NCBI GenBank assembly: GCA_013239625.1
Contig: MU055744.1
Span: 1,208,355-1,272,354, forward strand
Source of the DNA: Lama guanicoe
Taxonomy: Eukaryota
DNA length: 64,000 nucleotides
Reading direction: 5' to 3'
In this document: piece after piece, positions 1-10,864 of the stretch
Position numbering within the stretch: the stretch's first letter is position 1
How the letters are laid out: every line of letters begins with the position of its first letter
Notes under the pieces: model-generated
What the model was told of the DNA's origin: nothing
Seen by the model: only the letters and a program-made list of their open reading frames with translations
Databases searched by the model: none
Program-made: the position numbers and the translations under genes

Positions 1-1323
1 TGACCTCCAGCCTTCTGACCTAAGGCAGCACGCAAGAGGGGGCTCTCAGCCAGATGTCCCCTGGCTGGATGTCTGATCGGGGGGGATGCTGTCTGCTAGC
101 TGACTTGCACACCGGCCCAAAGAACCACACACGGTGAAGCTCCAGATGCACCGTGTGCGTGGCCAGCAGGAAGGCCTCTGCCCACCAGGAGCACGGCCAC
201 CCAGCCGTTCAAAGCGTGATGGAAATGCCCTGCCTGTACGGCTGAGCGAGGAAAACAGTGGCAGGACAAGCAGCACACACGCCCTCCCCGCCGCTGACCG
301 TGCTGCCTCTGGGGAGGACGCTGGGATTTGCCTCTTGTATTTCCTTGTTGGGGTTTTCAGCAATCTTTAGGTGTTACTGTTAGGAAAAAGCTGAAGCCAA
401 GTGACCACGGACAAGCACATAAAAATAAGGAGTGAGGCAGGAAGGGGCCCCTAAAGATGTATTTAGCAAAGAAGACTTGACTTCGACAAAAGATCCTTCC
501 ACACTGGCCTTGCCACATGGGCTTCAATTCCAGCAGGCAGCAGAGCCTTTCAAAATGACGTGGAAAACCGTCCAAGGGGGGCCGAGGCTGCCGGTGTGTG
601 GTAATGACCAACACACAATGACCAACGCTCAGGGCAAGGAGGCTGAAATACTGTCAGCTGAGAACCTGCCTTTTGAAGCGCTGTGATTAAATCTGAAATC
701 CCTGTAAGCAACTGGTGTGTAACTTAATGGATTTGGGGTTTCCCTGATGTTTTTTGGATGCATTTGCCCTCAAGTCTCAAGTATTAGGAGGCCAGTATAG
801 AAGCTACATACACGATGCATCACACGCAATCAGTTTCACAATTAGAATCAAAATTCAAGGGCCACAAAGTTCCCGGTGAAATGCCACAGCTGCTGACCAT
901 TTAAGGGAAGTCCACCTTGGTCCTGCAAGTGGGTTTTCGACCACACATGATGCCAGTTCCACCCCGTTTCTAGCTCTGACCCATTCTTCACCAGGCAGAA
1001 GTGAATCCTAAAAACCACCTCTGAGCATGTGGAAGGGCTGTCTGCAACTGCGGCGTCACTCTTGCTTGATTTCTTTGGAAGCATAACCAAAGCTGCATCT
1101 AGAGTGCCCCAGGCTGGGCTGTGCCTGCAGCGCCTGGGAGGTCAGAAGGAGCCCGGAAGCCCAGTCCCCCAGCCCCCTGACTGCTCGCGGGCTGGGGCAC
1201 CATCTCCGAGATTCTTGGGTCCCTCCACTACATCCCAGGCTTGTCCACTGTTCAAAACCTGCCGGTAAGGACTAGGAGTCAGCAAGACAGCTTGGAGCCT
1301 GGGACCGGCTTTCCACCCCAGAA
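1..1323 (-). other. BRD3OS: Probable BRD3OS 3' UTR (continues beyond window start)
   Basis: Lies directly downstream of the BRD3OS stop codon on the minus strand. No recognisable repeats. No minus-strand AATAAA (TTTATT on +) was seen, so the transcript end is probably outside the window. Confidence 0.6.
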
Positions 1324-1578
1324 TCACATGATCGTGCAGAACTTGGACTGCCCCGTGTCCCGGGAGACCTCGAGCTTGCTTCTGTCCCGGACTAGGATGG
1401 CCTCGTTTCCGTACTGTGAGTACCACGTGCTCCGGCTCCTGCTCAGGTACGTCCCCGGCGGCACAGATTCCAACTTCTGCTGCTGCTGCTGCCAGATCAG
1501 CAAGGACGTGTCCCGGTACCGGAGCCGGGCGTAGCCTTCAGACAGGGCTTTCTCCGCCAGTGGGACGCGGCCGCTCAT
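1324..1578 (-). CDS. BRD3OS: BRD3OS (LINC00094/SERLOC) 84-aa microprotein, single coding exon
   Basis: ATG at 1578-1576 (GTG-ATG-A, purine at -3) to TGA at 1326-1324. Translation [84 protein letters not shown] is recognised as near-identical to human BRD3OS. Head-to-head position relative to VAV2 matches human synteny. Confidence 0.93.
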   Translation of the reverse strand: MSGRVPLAEKALSEGYARLRYRDTSLLIWQQQQQKLESVPPGTYLSRSRSTWYSQYGNEAILVRDRSKLEVSRDTGQSKFCTIM

Positions 1579-2269
1579 CACGGGCCGGAGCCTTCCCTCC
1601 CCTGGGCTCCCGTGGACCAGGCCCCTCTGAGCCAGTCCTCGTGGACAGCCGCCAGCTGCTTTGCACTAAATGCACATGCTTCTCAGCTCTTGAGTTTGAG
1701 GATTCCTTACTTAACTTAATGGTGGAAATGGAAATTCAGGCCACTCGGAGACCACACCCTTATGTGAGTTCTTTGCAAGGAAACTTGAGAGGCACCTCCG
1801 AGCATTCTGAAAAGACACCTAAGACCCACACGTGAGACAGCAAGCAGGTCACCGGCGCCCCGGCCGCAGCGTTTCCCCGGGACGGCTATGTGCGTGTCAC
1901 TAGCTGTGGAGTGGACAGGGGACACGTGCCAGGTGTCTGCTGCGATTCTGACAGCGCGGCTTGGAGCACCTCATCTGAAAAGACGAACCTAGTGTCCCCA
2001 GTGAAACGGCCCCGTACAAGGAGACGGAAACTGACAGCAGCCCCTCTCAGGGCTCCCCGCTCGGCTTTCAACTCAGCAGAGGTGTGCTGACACCGGTCAT
2101 GGTTTTGGAACCAGCATTTGTCCAGTGCTTTTTTTTTTTTCTGGCTAGCCTTCAACTCTTCCCGGAGGTGATGCTGCAAACAAATAAACGTGCTGTCAGG
2201 TGTTGGGGAGAAAAGGGCCCCAACAGCAGTGGCAGAATCGCTCTTAACTCTGGGGGTCAGAGCGTCTGG

Positions 2270-2960
2270 CCACGCTGCCACCGCGCGTCGCTTCTGCAGT
2301 CGCGCGCGTCGCTTCTGCAGTCGCGCGCGCCCTGGGGATGCGCACAGGGGGCCTGGGCTTAAGAGGCAGACCTGCGCCTCAGCCCAGGCCTTCCACTAAC
2401 TAAGCGGGGGCGCGGGGTGGGGGGGCGGCGATCCCGGGGAAACCGCCCGTTGGGGCGTTAATGTCCAGACCTACGACGGAGGTCCCAAGAGCCCGACGGG
2501 ACACGGGTTCGGGGGCCCGACCTGCCCGTGCCGGGGACGCTGGTACCCCCTCCTTTCTGCTCCACGCCCCCGGGAGGCCCCTGGGCCGGAGAGGAGCACG
2601 ACGCCGGGTGAGAGCCGAGCCGGGGCGCCCCCCCCCCGCCCCGCCGCGCGGCCCCGCCGTGCGGGCTCGTCCTCCTGCGCGGCCCCGCCCTCCCCGGGGC
2701 TGCGCCCCGCGCCCCCCACCCTCCGGCTCGTGTCACCCGCGCGGTGGGGCCTCGGCGACGCGCGGACCCCGGGCTGGACGCCTCCCGCCGGGCGGCGCCC
2801 GCTGGCCGCGTCTCCATGGCAGCGCCGCAGGCATGCCGAGCCGAGCGCCGAGCCCGGGCAGGCCGGCGCCACGAGCCGGAGCCATCGATCGCCCCGCGGG
2901 GGGCCGGGGCCTCCCGCTGGGGGCGGGGCCTCTGGAGGAGCCCTGCGCCCAGTTCGCTCC
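2270..2960. promoter_or_regulatory. CpG island / promoter of BRD3OS
   Basis: Very high GC and CpG density with several GC boxes (CCCCGCCC/GGGGCGGGG), about 0.7-1.4 kb upstream of the BRD3OS ATG. Confidence 0.8.
2282..2323. repeat. Exact 21-bp tandem duplication
   Basis: CGCGCGTCGCTTCTGCAGTCG occurs twice (2282-2302, 2303-2323). Confidence 0.95.
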
Positions 2961-3339
2961 TACGTTGTTGTTGGTCTTAGCCTCGTGTTGATGGTGGTTT
3001 TGTGCTACTGCTGCTTGTGTACGTCTGCCACTGCTGTTGCTGTTCGCATTCTTGCCCCTCGTAATTGATGCAATTATTTTTCATAATTCAGTGTTGTGCC
3101 GGGGGTACTCTCTTAAAAATAGGTCTCTGACTGACTCATGTCACCCAGCCGGGCCAGGTCCCCACACTGCCATGAAAATTAAGCACTCCACCTCCAAAGC
3201 ATGCTCCAGTAACACTCTCGTTTGTTATCTGTCCTTTTCCTTACTGAAGTTTCCTTTTCACAGTTTTCCTCAAATGCTAATTAAGGAGGTCCACGTAAGG
3301 GACATTCATAGAACACTGAACCCACAACTGTAGAGTGCC

Positions 3340-3711
3340 ACTCTTTACGAGGACACAGAACATCTACAAAAACTGACCATATGCCAGACAGCCTTAAATA
3401 GACAAGATAATGTACACAGATATGGTGTATATGTGGGGTATATGGAAACACTTGTATTGTCTTTGCAATTTTTATATAAACCTAAAACTTTCCTAGATTA
3501 AAATTTAAAACCTTACTTTAAAAATGAGTGACTATGAAAATGGATATATGTATATCCATGTATGGCATTGTGCTGTACACCAGAAGTTGACACAACACTG
3601 TAAGCTGACTATACCCCAATAAAAAAAGAAAGAAAGGGAAAAAAATGAGTGAAAAGGAAAGTCACAGAGGTGAGAAGAAATTTGCAATATGTATCGCTGA
3701 TAAGGGACTTA
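3340..3711 (+). mobile_element. Cluster of L1 fragments (includes an L1 3' end with A-tail at about 3525-3645)
   Basis: AT-rich. Contains TGTGCTGTACACCAGAAGTTGACACAACACTGTAAGCTGACTATACCCCAATAAAAAAA (L1 3' terminus) and an ORF2-like GAGAAGAAATTTGCAATATGTATCGCTGATAAGGGACTT. Confidence 0.7.
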
Positions 3712-4341
3712 GGGTCCAGCTGGAAGAGGAAATCACGCCAGTGATTTGACCAGAGAGGAATTAATAGAAGAAACTGATCACTAGGTACAAAGTTGTTAAG
3801 TAGGTAACTTTCAGAATAAAATAAAGACCTCTGTAACATCTCTAGGTAGTAACTGCAGGAAGCAACTGCCACCTTAGCAGCTAAAAGACCAAAGAGAAGA
3901 GGATGGAATTATGAGAATGTAGAGACTTAAAGGAGGGACACCAAAGAGCTGAAACTCAGAGTTTTGAGGCGGGGACACCGGCAGCTGGAGCTGGTGTCTC
4001 TGCATCAAAAATAGGCTCCCAGCAGGGCCAGGACTAGACCCTGAGCAGGGGGTGCCAGCCAGCTGCTGCCCCTGAGTGGCGGCCTTGTGGATTTTGTACC
4101 CATTGGAAAAACTGCAGACTGGATTCAGCTGCTACTTCAGAAAAGGAAACGTGAAGAATTGTTGCCAGGGGACTGCACGCTGACGGGAAGCTAGCAGGGA
4201 GCAGAGAGCAAGGTCGCGCTCCCTCCTCCAGCATTCTCATCTCCAGCACCCTCTCCGGGTGGAGCCCCCTGCTCCCTGCAACACAAAGCAGAGGGCGAAG
4301 GACATTTAGATCTGCGTTAATGGGAGAGGTTTACTGGCGGC
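3712..4341 (-). mobile_element. Ancient ERVL-class LTR (LTR41/LTR33-like), probable 3' LTR of the adjacent ERVL remnant
   Basis: GGGTCCAGCTGGAAGAGGAAATCACGCCAGTGATTTGACCAGAGAGGAATTAATAG resembles the reverse complement of ERVL LTR ends. Its position is where the 3' LTR of the minus-strand pol/dUTPase remnant would be. Confidence 0.45.
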
Positions 4342-4509
4342 AGGCAAAAATCGCCCTCACGGGCACAGTCCTGCCGTTTGTATGTACATTTCTACACATG
4401 TCTGAGCCTCCATACAATAAAAGCAAAACGAAGAAACAAAAAGACCCTAACTCTCCATTTCTGCCTAACAAGATGCAACTCTCTTTGATTCAAGAATGAA
4501 ACAGTCTCA

Positions 4510-5030
4510 CCAGCGACAGATGAATGGATAAAGATGTGGTAGATGCATAGAATGGAACACTACTCAGCCATACAAAGGAATAAAATAATGCCAGCTGCAG
4601 CAACATGGGTGGACCTAGAGATGATCACACTAAGTGAAGTAAGCCAGACAGAGAAAGACAAATATTGTATATCATGTATATGGGGAATCAAAAAAAAAAC
4701 CTGATACAAATGAACTTATTTACAAAACAGAAGCAGACTCACAGACATAGAAAATAAGTTTATGGTTACCGAAGGGGACAGAGGCAGGGGGAGGGACAGA
4801 CTCGGAACTGGGGTTTAACAGATGTACACCACTGTGTACAAAACAGCTAAACCACGAGGCCTTCCTCTACGGCACAGGGGACTGTATTCAACACCTTGTA
4901 ATAACCGATAATGGAAAAGAGTCAGAGAAAGAACATACACATGCATGTGTGCGTGCATGGCTGACTCACTTTGCTGTACACCTGAAACATGGCAAATCAA
5001 TTAGCCTTCAATTGAAAAAATAAGAAAAAA
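4510..5030 (+). mobile_element. 5'-truncated L1 (artiodactyl-type 3' end)
   Basis: Canonical ORF2-end/3'UTR motifs (GATGAATGGATAAAGATGTGG, GCAGCAACATGGGTGGACCTAGAG, CTAAGTGAAGTAAGCCAGACAGAGAAAGACAAATA) and an A-rich tail. Flanked by an ACAGTCTC direct repeat (4501-4508 / 5039-5046) consistent with a target-site duplication (TSD). Confidence 0.9.
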
Positions 5031-5359
5031 GGAGGAAGACAGTCTCCCCACCTCCCCAGACAGAGGGGGTACGAGGTCCCGCTGCTGTAGCGTCTGCCTC
5101 TGGGCTGTGTTCTTTGCTTCTCCTCCTCAGTCTCCTGTCTGAATGTTGTTCTACCTGAAACTAAACTGGAAAGTTAGCTTCCAACAAAACGCGCTGAAAA
5201 TCACACGGGGAATGAGGTGGATACAAATGTAGAGATCCTTAATATATAATGTAAATAGATGCAAATGTGGAAGAGTGGCCGGTGCGAGTGTGTGCATGCC
5301 TCCAGGCAGGGGACGCAGGCACTGGTGCTCCTGTGCTGCTCTCTGTGACCGTCACAAGG

Positions 5360-6600
5360 CCTCTTCTTCGCCCTCAGTAGGATCAGCTGGCCAAGATTTC
5401 TTCAGCTAGTGGGCTGACGTACACCGTCGTTCCTGAAGGGCATAAACCCTGTTATCCTGCCATCTGTCTGTCTGTCTGTCTATCTTTGGATGCTGTAGCT
5501 TTCCATTAACTTTGCTATTGGCGGCAGAAATACTAAAATGTACCAGCGACGACGCCCCTGGCTTCCGGACGTGGTTCTCACGCCCTCAACACGAAGCGAC
5601 AGCTCACTTTCTCCTTGGCATTAGGACTCCACCGCCCCAGCCGGTAAGGTGACCCGCTTCTCAGCGTTTGGATCCAGTGACCCCAGACTCCCGAGCAACA
5701 GTTTCCTCCTCCAGATCGCAGAAGCCATTGCTGTGCCCCCTGGCGGGTCCAACCCTCCCCGAAGCATCAGGACTTCCAGGTCATCAGAGCTCAAAGATGC
5801 GGGGCAGAATTAAAACCGATGGGAGGCATTGCTGGAGGTCCAAGGAGCCACTGCCACCTCCGCCCTCCGATTCCCAGACACCCGGGGTCAGGCTGGGCAA
5901 CAGCACCAGGTGTCTCTCCGGATCAGAGCATACACTTGAATCCGTGAGCCGGGACCTCCAGCCCTCCTGGCGTGGTTCCCAAGGGTGCGGCTCCCACTCT
6001 GCAGGCCGCTCACACTCTGTCAGGCGGGCCCTCTGGGTGACGGGGCGAGTGCAAGACCAGTGGCTCCCACGAGTGAGAGACCCCGTGGCCCAGCGTTTCC
6101 CTCCTGGTTCGGGAGCCCTGGGGCGGGGCGGGACGGGCATGGCGGCCACCCCGAGTCTGGGGCGGTGGAGCCGGCCGAGGAGGTAAGGGCGGGGAAGGCG
6201 AGCCCAGGGTCTGCGTGCGTTCCGGCGAGACCGCGTCTCTGCCCCCACCGCCATGGGGAGTCCTCTGGGACGGCTGGGTCCCCGGGGAGCGTGCCGTGCT
6301 GGGGCTCCGCGTCGGCTCCGCGCTGGCGGTGGGCAGGCCAGCTTCAGGGGCGGAGGTGATGCGGCCCTCTGTGCTGAGCCTCCACCCCTCCCACCACGAT
6401 CACTTTACACATGGCCCGACAAGCAGGCCCCGCACTGGCTGGGATGAGAGGCTGAAAACCTCGGCAGGAGGGTCCTCGTGTCCATCTGATCACTGAGAGC
6501 TTGCTCGGCAGTGGATGGGCCTTGGAGACATCCTTCCACCAGGACACAGGGATGGTCGCAGCCAGTGTCCTTTCTAAGAGGTCCATCCAGTGCCTCTTCC
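5360..6600 (-). mobile_element. Degenerate ERVL internal region (RNase H end - integrase - dUTPase)
   Basis: Minus-strand residual peptides STAEQALSDQMDTRT (cf. ERVL TSAEEDFNNQVDRMT) and TRGSHWSC (cf. AHGIHWSY). Nucleotide motifs GTGTATGCTCTGA, GTTAATGGAAAGCTACAGCATCC and CCCTTCAGGAACGA occur in ERVL pol-to-dUTPase order. Frameshifted. Confidence 0.75.
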
Positions 6601-6649
6601 CCGGAGCTCCTTGTCACCAAGCTCCCAGTCCTTTTCTTTCCAAGCGCTT

Positions 6650-7080
6650 AAACGTCCAGCTAAACCGGTGCGAACACCTGGAGAATCACTGTGGACCAAC
6701 GCAGTGGAGGACCATTCAGGCACAAGAAAGAAATGAAGTGCTGATGCAGCCTCCGCACAGCTGAGGATGGCCAGCATCGCGCAGAGCGAAGGGAGCCAGC
6801 TACCAAGGAGCGCAGCTTGTCCGACTGCTCAGACATAAAATGCCCGGGACCGGGCAGCCTGCAGAGGCGGAAAGCAGAACCATGGCTGCCCAGGGCTGGG
6901 GCGGGGAGTAGGAGGACGATGGCTAACAGGGATGGGGTTTCTTTCAGTGAGGCTAAAATCAGAGTGGGTGAGGCTCGCATAATCCCGAGGCGATACTGAA
7001 AGCCTTTGACCCGCGCACCTTAAACGGGTGCGCTGCAGTCGCCTGTGAACCACGTCTCCGTGGGCAGTTTCTAAAAGAAG
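6650..7080 (+). mobile_element. Old L1M (L1MB-like) 3' end, strongly GC-shifted
   Basis: Motifs AAGAAATGAAGTGCTGAT, GGAAAGCAGAACCATGGCTGCCCAGGGCTGGG, GGGGTTTCTTT and CACCTTAAACGGGTG in L1M 3'UTR order. Confidence 0.7.
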
Positions 7081-7888
7081 AATCAACGCTTTCTCAAGAA
7101 GTCCGCAAATGGAATAGGAAATCCGATTCTGCCCCTTCCCAAAGGCAAGGAAAGATAGGCAAAACCCACCGGAACCAACTTCTCTGCAGCTCGGGAAACT
7201 GACCCAAGGCTTGCAGTGACGCGGGGACACTTCTTTTTTCAAGGCTGACTTTTATTAAGAGCAGCCAACTTTGTGGTGTTTTACGTTCTCCCATCCCCGC
7301 TTTCCCACACAGATCTTAAGAGCATCGCACTAGCGTCAGCCCTGCCAGCTTGGTCTACTGGGGCAGAGAAAGTGCAAAACTAGACTACGACTTGACCCCC
7401 CAGGCTTCGAGGCAGGAGTCAGACTTGATGACAACATACTCCTCAAACAACACCCGGAGGTTTAGCAACAAATGCAGCTGCGGTCGTGGGAAAGGAAGGA
7501 TGGAGCCAGGAGCCACGAGGACCATCCCTCGAGCCTCAAGGAAGTCATCAAGTGCCCAGAAATTTAGGAATGTTGCAGGCCTGGGACCACTGTGTGTCCC
7601 CACCTCCGCCCCGGCCCCGCCTCCTCGCTCTGAACAGGAGCCTCTCGGGCAGCGACTCAGGCCCGTCCTGCCTTTGCCTGTTGGGTGTGTGGGTGGGGGC
7701 CGATGCCCAGGCTTCAGTCCGTCAGTCTTTGGACAGACTGCACAGCACGAGCCGAGCCTGATGAAATGCACCTGCACCGCCTTGTTTGCACCTGGACCTG
7801 GTCTTGACGCTGAGAACACGAGGCCAAGATTGACGAGCTTTTGGGGTGGGGTCTTGGAGGGGTGAATTATTCTGCTTGTGCATGGGGT

Positions 7889-7975
7889 GGGGAGGGTGTA
7901 GTTCAGTGGTAAAGTGTGCACTTAGCATGCTCAGGGTCCTGGGTTCAGTCCCTAGCACTCCATGTAAGAAAAAAA
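7889..7975 (+). mobile_element. tRNA-derived SINE (camelid vic-1-like)
   Basis: GGGGAGGGTGTAGTTCAGTGGTAAAGTG...GGTCCTGGGTTCAGTCCCTAGCACTCC with Pol III A/B boxes and an A-rich tail. Confidence 0.85.
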
Positions 7976-8014
7976 TTGATCGTCTGCATGTGCAAGAAGT
8001 ACAAACAGTTCACG

Positions 8015-8493
8015 GCCAGAGCATGGACCGTAACGGGTTTAAACATGTCCGCGAGTTCCTTGACGCCCTGTTGTCAAAAATGGAGCCGGATCGTCCTCCC
8101 CCGGGCTGGGCTGGCCTTGGTGACCCTCTCACGTGGCAGAAGTGACACCGTGTGGCTTCACGGCTAGGTCCAGAGATGGGGGTACGTCTCCCCTGGCTCT
8201 CTGTGTCTCAGAATACTTGCGCTTAGAACTCAGCTGCCGTGCCGCGTGGAAGCCCCGGCCACACGAGGGCCTTCTCGGAGGTGTCCTAGTCAGTAGCTTG
8301 AGATCCTAACTGACGGCCAGCCTTCCAGGTGACTCTGGCCAGTTCCAGCCCCCAGCCCCCAGCCACCTGGGGCACCTGAGAGGCCTCAAGCCAGAATCAC
8401 CAAGCTGAGCCAGCAAATCCTCCGAGCCGTGAGAGATATTGGTAACTGTTGTTAGGTGGCGGGGTTCATTTCTTGGCAAAAGAGAATGAGAAC
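8015..8493 (+). mobile_element. MaLR LTR (MLT1-type)
   Basis: GGGCTGGCCTTGGTGAC, GTGGCAGAAGTGACACCGTGTGGCTTC, AGCCAGAATCACCAAGCTGAGCC and CCGTGAGAGAT motifs; ends ...AACA. Confidence 0.7.
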
Positions 8494-10341
8494 AGATGTC
8501 CCAGGAGTTCGTGCTAATTCAGAGCCAGTCTCTGGTAATGCCCCAGAGGCCCGGCACGCCTGCCCCTGGGGCGCGGCCCATGGGTGCCGGGCCCAGGGCC
8601 CGGGGCGGAGAGCCTGGAGAAAGAGTGACGGCGCGCCTTGCGGCTGCGCGGCCCCTTCCTCCCGGGACCGGGCCTCCTCGCCCCTCACGGGCTCGGGCTC
8701 AGCAAGCTGGCTTAAGCCTGAAACTGGGGGAGAGGCTGTGGATCTCCACGTTGGCCCCTGAAACCAGGTCTGGGGTCGCCAGTCCTGGGGTTCTTCCTGC
8801 TCTCGGGACCAAGCACCATTTCAGTGGGTGACTTCTTTCCTCGTGATGCGGCTGTCGACTACATGGGCGGGTCTTTCTGGCTGTGTTAGCCCCTCTCGCC
8901 CTTTTCAGGAGCGGGGCTCACCTCGGTTTTGGCCATTGTCTCTGCTGCTCTAGGACCCCAGGGTCTCTGAAATCAGGGACCCCAGGGTTTCCCATCACCA
9001 CACTCGGTCGGTCGGACACGGCGACCACAGAGATTTCCAAGGGCCCAGTGCCCCTCGCTGATGCAGTTCCCAGTGCCGGGACCCCAGGGGAGGAGAGGTG
9101 GGCAGGTACACGGGGGTGAGTGGACTCCAGCCCTCCCCTCCGCTCCAGCCCTCGGACTCCTTCCGCGGCGTGCTGGTGAAGTCCTGGCGTTCCGGCCTCA
9201 TTAAGCACAGGCTACCGTGGAGACCAGTCTCAGCCAGTTTCGATCCCAGCCGCACAAGGGACACACTGAGTCCGGGATCTCTGGTAAGGCACTCGTGTGA
9301 GTACCTCTGGCCCGATCCCGTGCTGTGTTCTGTCTGCCTTGATCACACCCTCAGAAGCCATTCCCCGCACGGCTGCCCTGGTTTCCGCCAATCTGTACAA
9401 AATCTTTCCACTCTCTTAGTGTAAAGGCTGTTTCCTCTTGCATCCGCCTTTGTGCTTGGCTTCAGGGCATGCTGAGATCTGAACCTAGATGTGGCTCTGG
9501 GGCAGCAAGGGTGTTTGGGGTGGGTTTTGAGGGGAAGAGCATCTCCTTCCCAGAGTAACAGCACCGCTCCCAGGTAAGGGTGTCACGGCGCCTTTGAGGT
9601 ACTTCCTCTGGCGAGAGAGGCTCAGAGTGGCTGGGGGACTGGAGCTCCTCAGCGCCGTCTGTGTCTAACCGGATGTCCCTTCCCGAGTGTCAGGGTCCCA
9701 CTCCTCCCCAGCCAATGCCACACGTCCGCAGGACGGACTTGGTGGGGGCTCAAGGGATGCTGTAATTCTGCAGCCCACCCAAAAGGATCCGGTGTCAGGT
9801 ATTCAGTAACATTGACCAGGTGGCTGCAAGAAATGTGACATTCCTCTAGGATCGTCATGGAAGCTCCACACTTTTTTCTCGACTCACCACATCCTAGGCC
9901 TGGCTGATTGTGTCCCCACGACGTCACTAAAGTGACCGTCCCTCTATGTGTCCTGAGAACTGGCAGTTAGATCTGCGCCTTCTTCAGACGGGGCTGGCCT
10001 TGTTAACCGGCTGCCTTCCCGGGTGGTGCTGCGGGCTTCCCAGCACCGCACGCATGGGCAGGCGCCTCCTGGGTGCCGCGCGCTCTCCGCAGTAAGGTTG
10101 GCCACCAGCTGTGGGTGTTGGCAGCCTGATCTACTCGCCACCAAATGCCCCATCCGTCTTTCACGGGGTAAGTCTACCTGCCATCACTGATCATAACTCA
10201 GGCCTGTTGTTCATCAAGGATTGCAAATTCAGGACCTTCTGGTGCCGATGTGATTTCTGCCTTTATTTTCTGGAATTCTTCTCCGTAAGGAAGAACTTTC
10301 TTCATCAACTCTGGTTACCCTGAAGGAAAGTAGAATTCAGC

Positions 10342-10710
10342 ACGGACGGACCTGGAGACGGTCGTCCTAAGTGAAGCAAGGCTGACGGAGAAAGACAAAT
10401 ACCACATGAGATCGCTTACGTGTGGGATCTACAGAAAAGGACACGAATGAACTCACCTCCAAAACAGAAACAGACTCACAGACATAGAGAACAACCTTAT
10501 GGTTACCGGAGGGTGAAGCCGGCGGGAAGGGATAAGCTGGGAGTTCAAAATGAGCACCTCCTGGGGAGAGATGGACATGCTAGCGCCCCTGGTGGTGGTG
10601 GTTTCACGGGCGCACGCGTCTACCAGAATTCATCGAGCTGCACATCTGAAATCGGTGCGGTTGCTGTGCAGGAACCCTAGCACAGTAAAGGAGCTAAAAC
10701 ACTTAAATCG
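10342..10710 (+). mobile_element. L1 3'-end fragments
   Basis: GGACCTGGAGACGGTCGTCCTAAGTGAAG, GAGAAAGACAAATACCACATG and AAAACAGAAACAGACTCACAGACATAGAGAACAACCTTATGGTTACC; homologous to the 4510-5030 copy. Confidence 0.85.
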
Positions 10711-10864
10711 AAGAACAAACGCTTCATTCTCTCTCTTCACCTATCCCTTTTCAGACTAATAGATTTAAAAATGTATCAGGGTGACCGCATGAATCACATT
10801 TGATGCCATTCAATCAATGGCCTCGTTATGTTTTTCATTCTCAGGGGCCTCCCTCCCTGGCCAG

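Noticed and set aside
1-1323. Possible BRD3 coding exons expected from synteny
   Set aside because: No bromodomain or ET-domain peptide in any frame; BRD3 must lie upstream of the window.
2458-2817. Minus-strand 119-aa ORF with strong Kozak (GCCATGG; METRPAGAARR...)
   Set aside because: Low-complexity Gly/Arg/Pro content typical of CpG islands and no recognisable family. It may lie upstream of the real BRD3OS transcription start.
2730-3068. ORF ending in a hydrophobic, Cys-rich TM-like segment (YVVVGLSLVLMVVLCYCCLC)
   Set aside because: Starts at GTG, with no ATG upstream of the hydrophobic stretch. The segment derives from low-complexity (TTG/TGC)n-like DNA at the CpG-island edge.
7889-7961. 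tRNA-like sequences with A/B boxes (also 13797, 49417, 60509)
   Set aside because: A-rich tails, a TSD and broken stems identify them as SINEs, not tRNA genes.
10583-10596. CTCF-like CCACCAGGGGCGC (minus strand)
   Set aside because: One G short of the core spacing, and lies within an L1 fragment.
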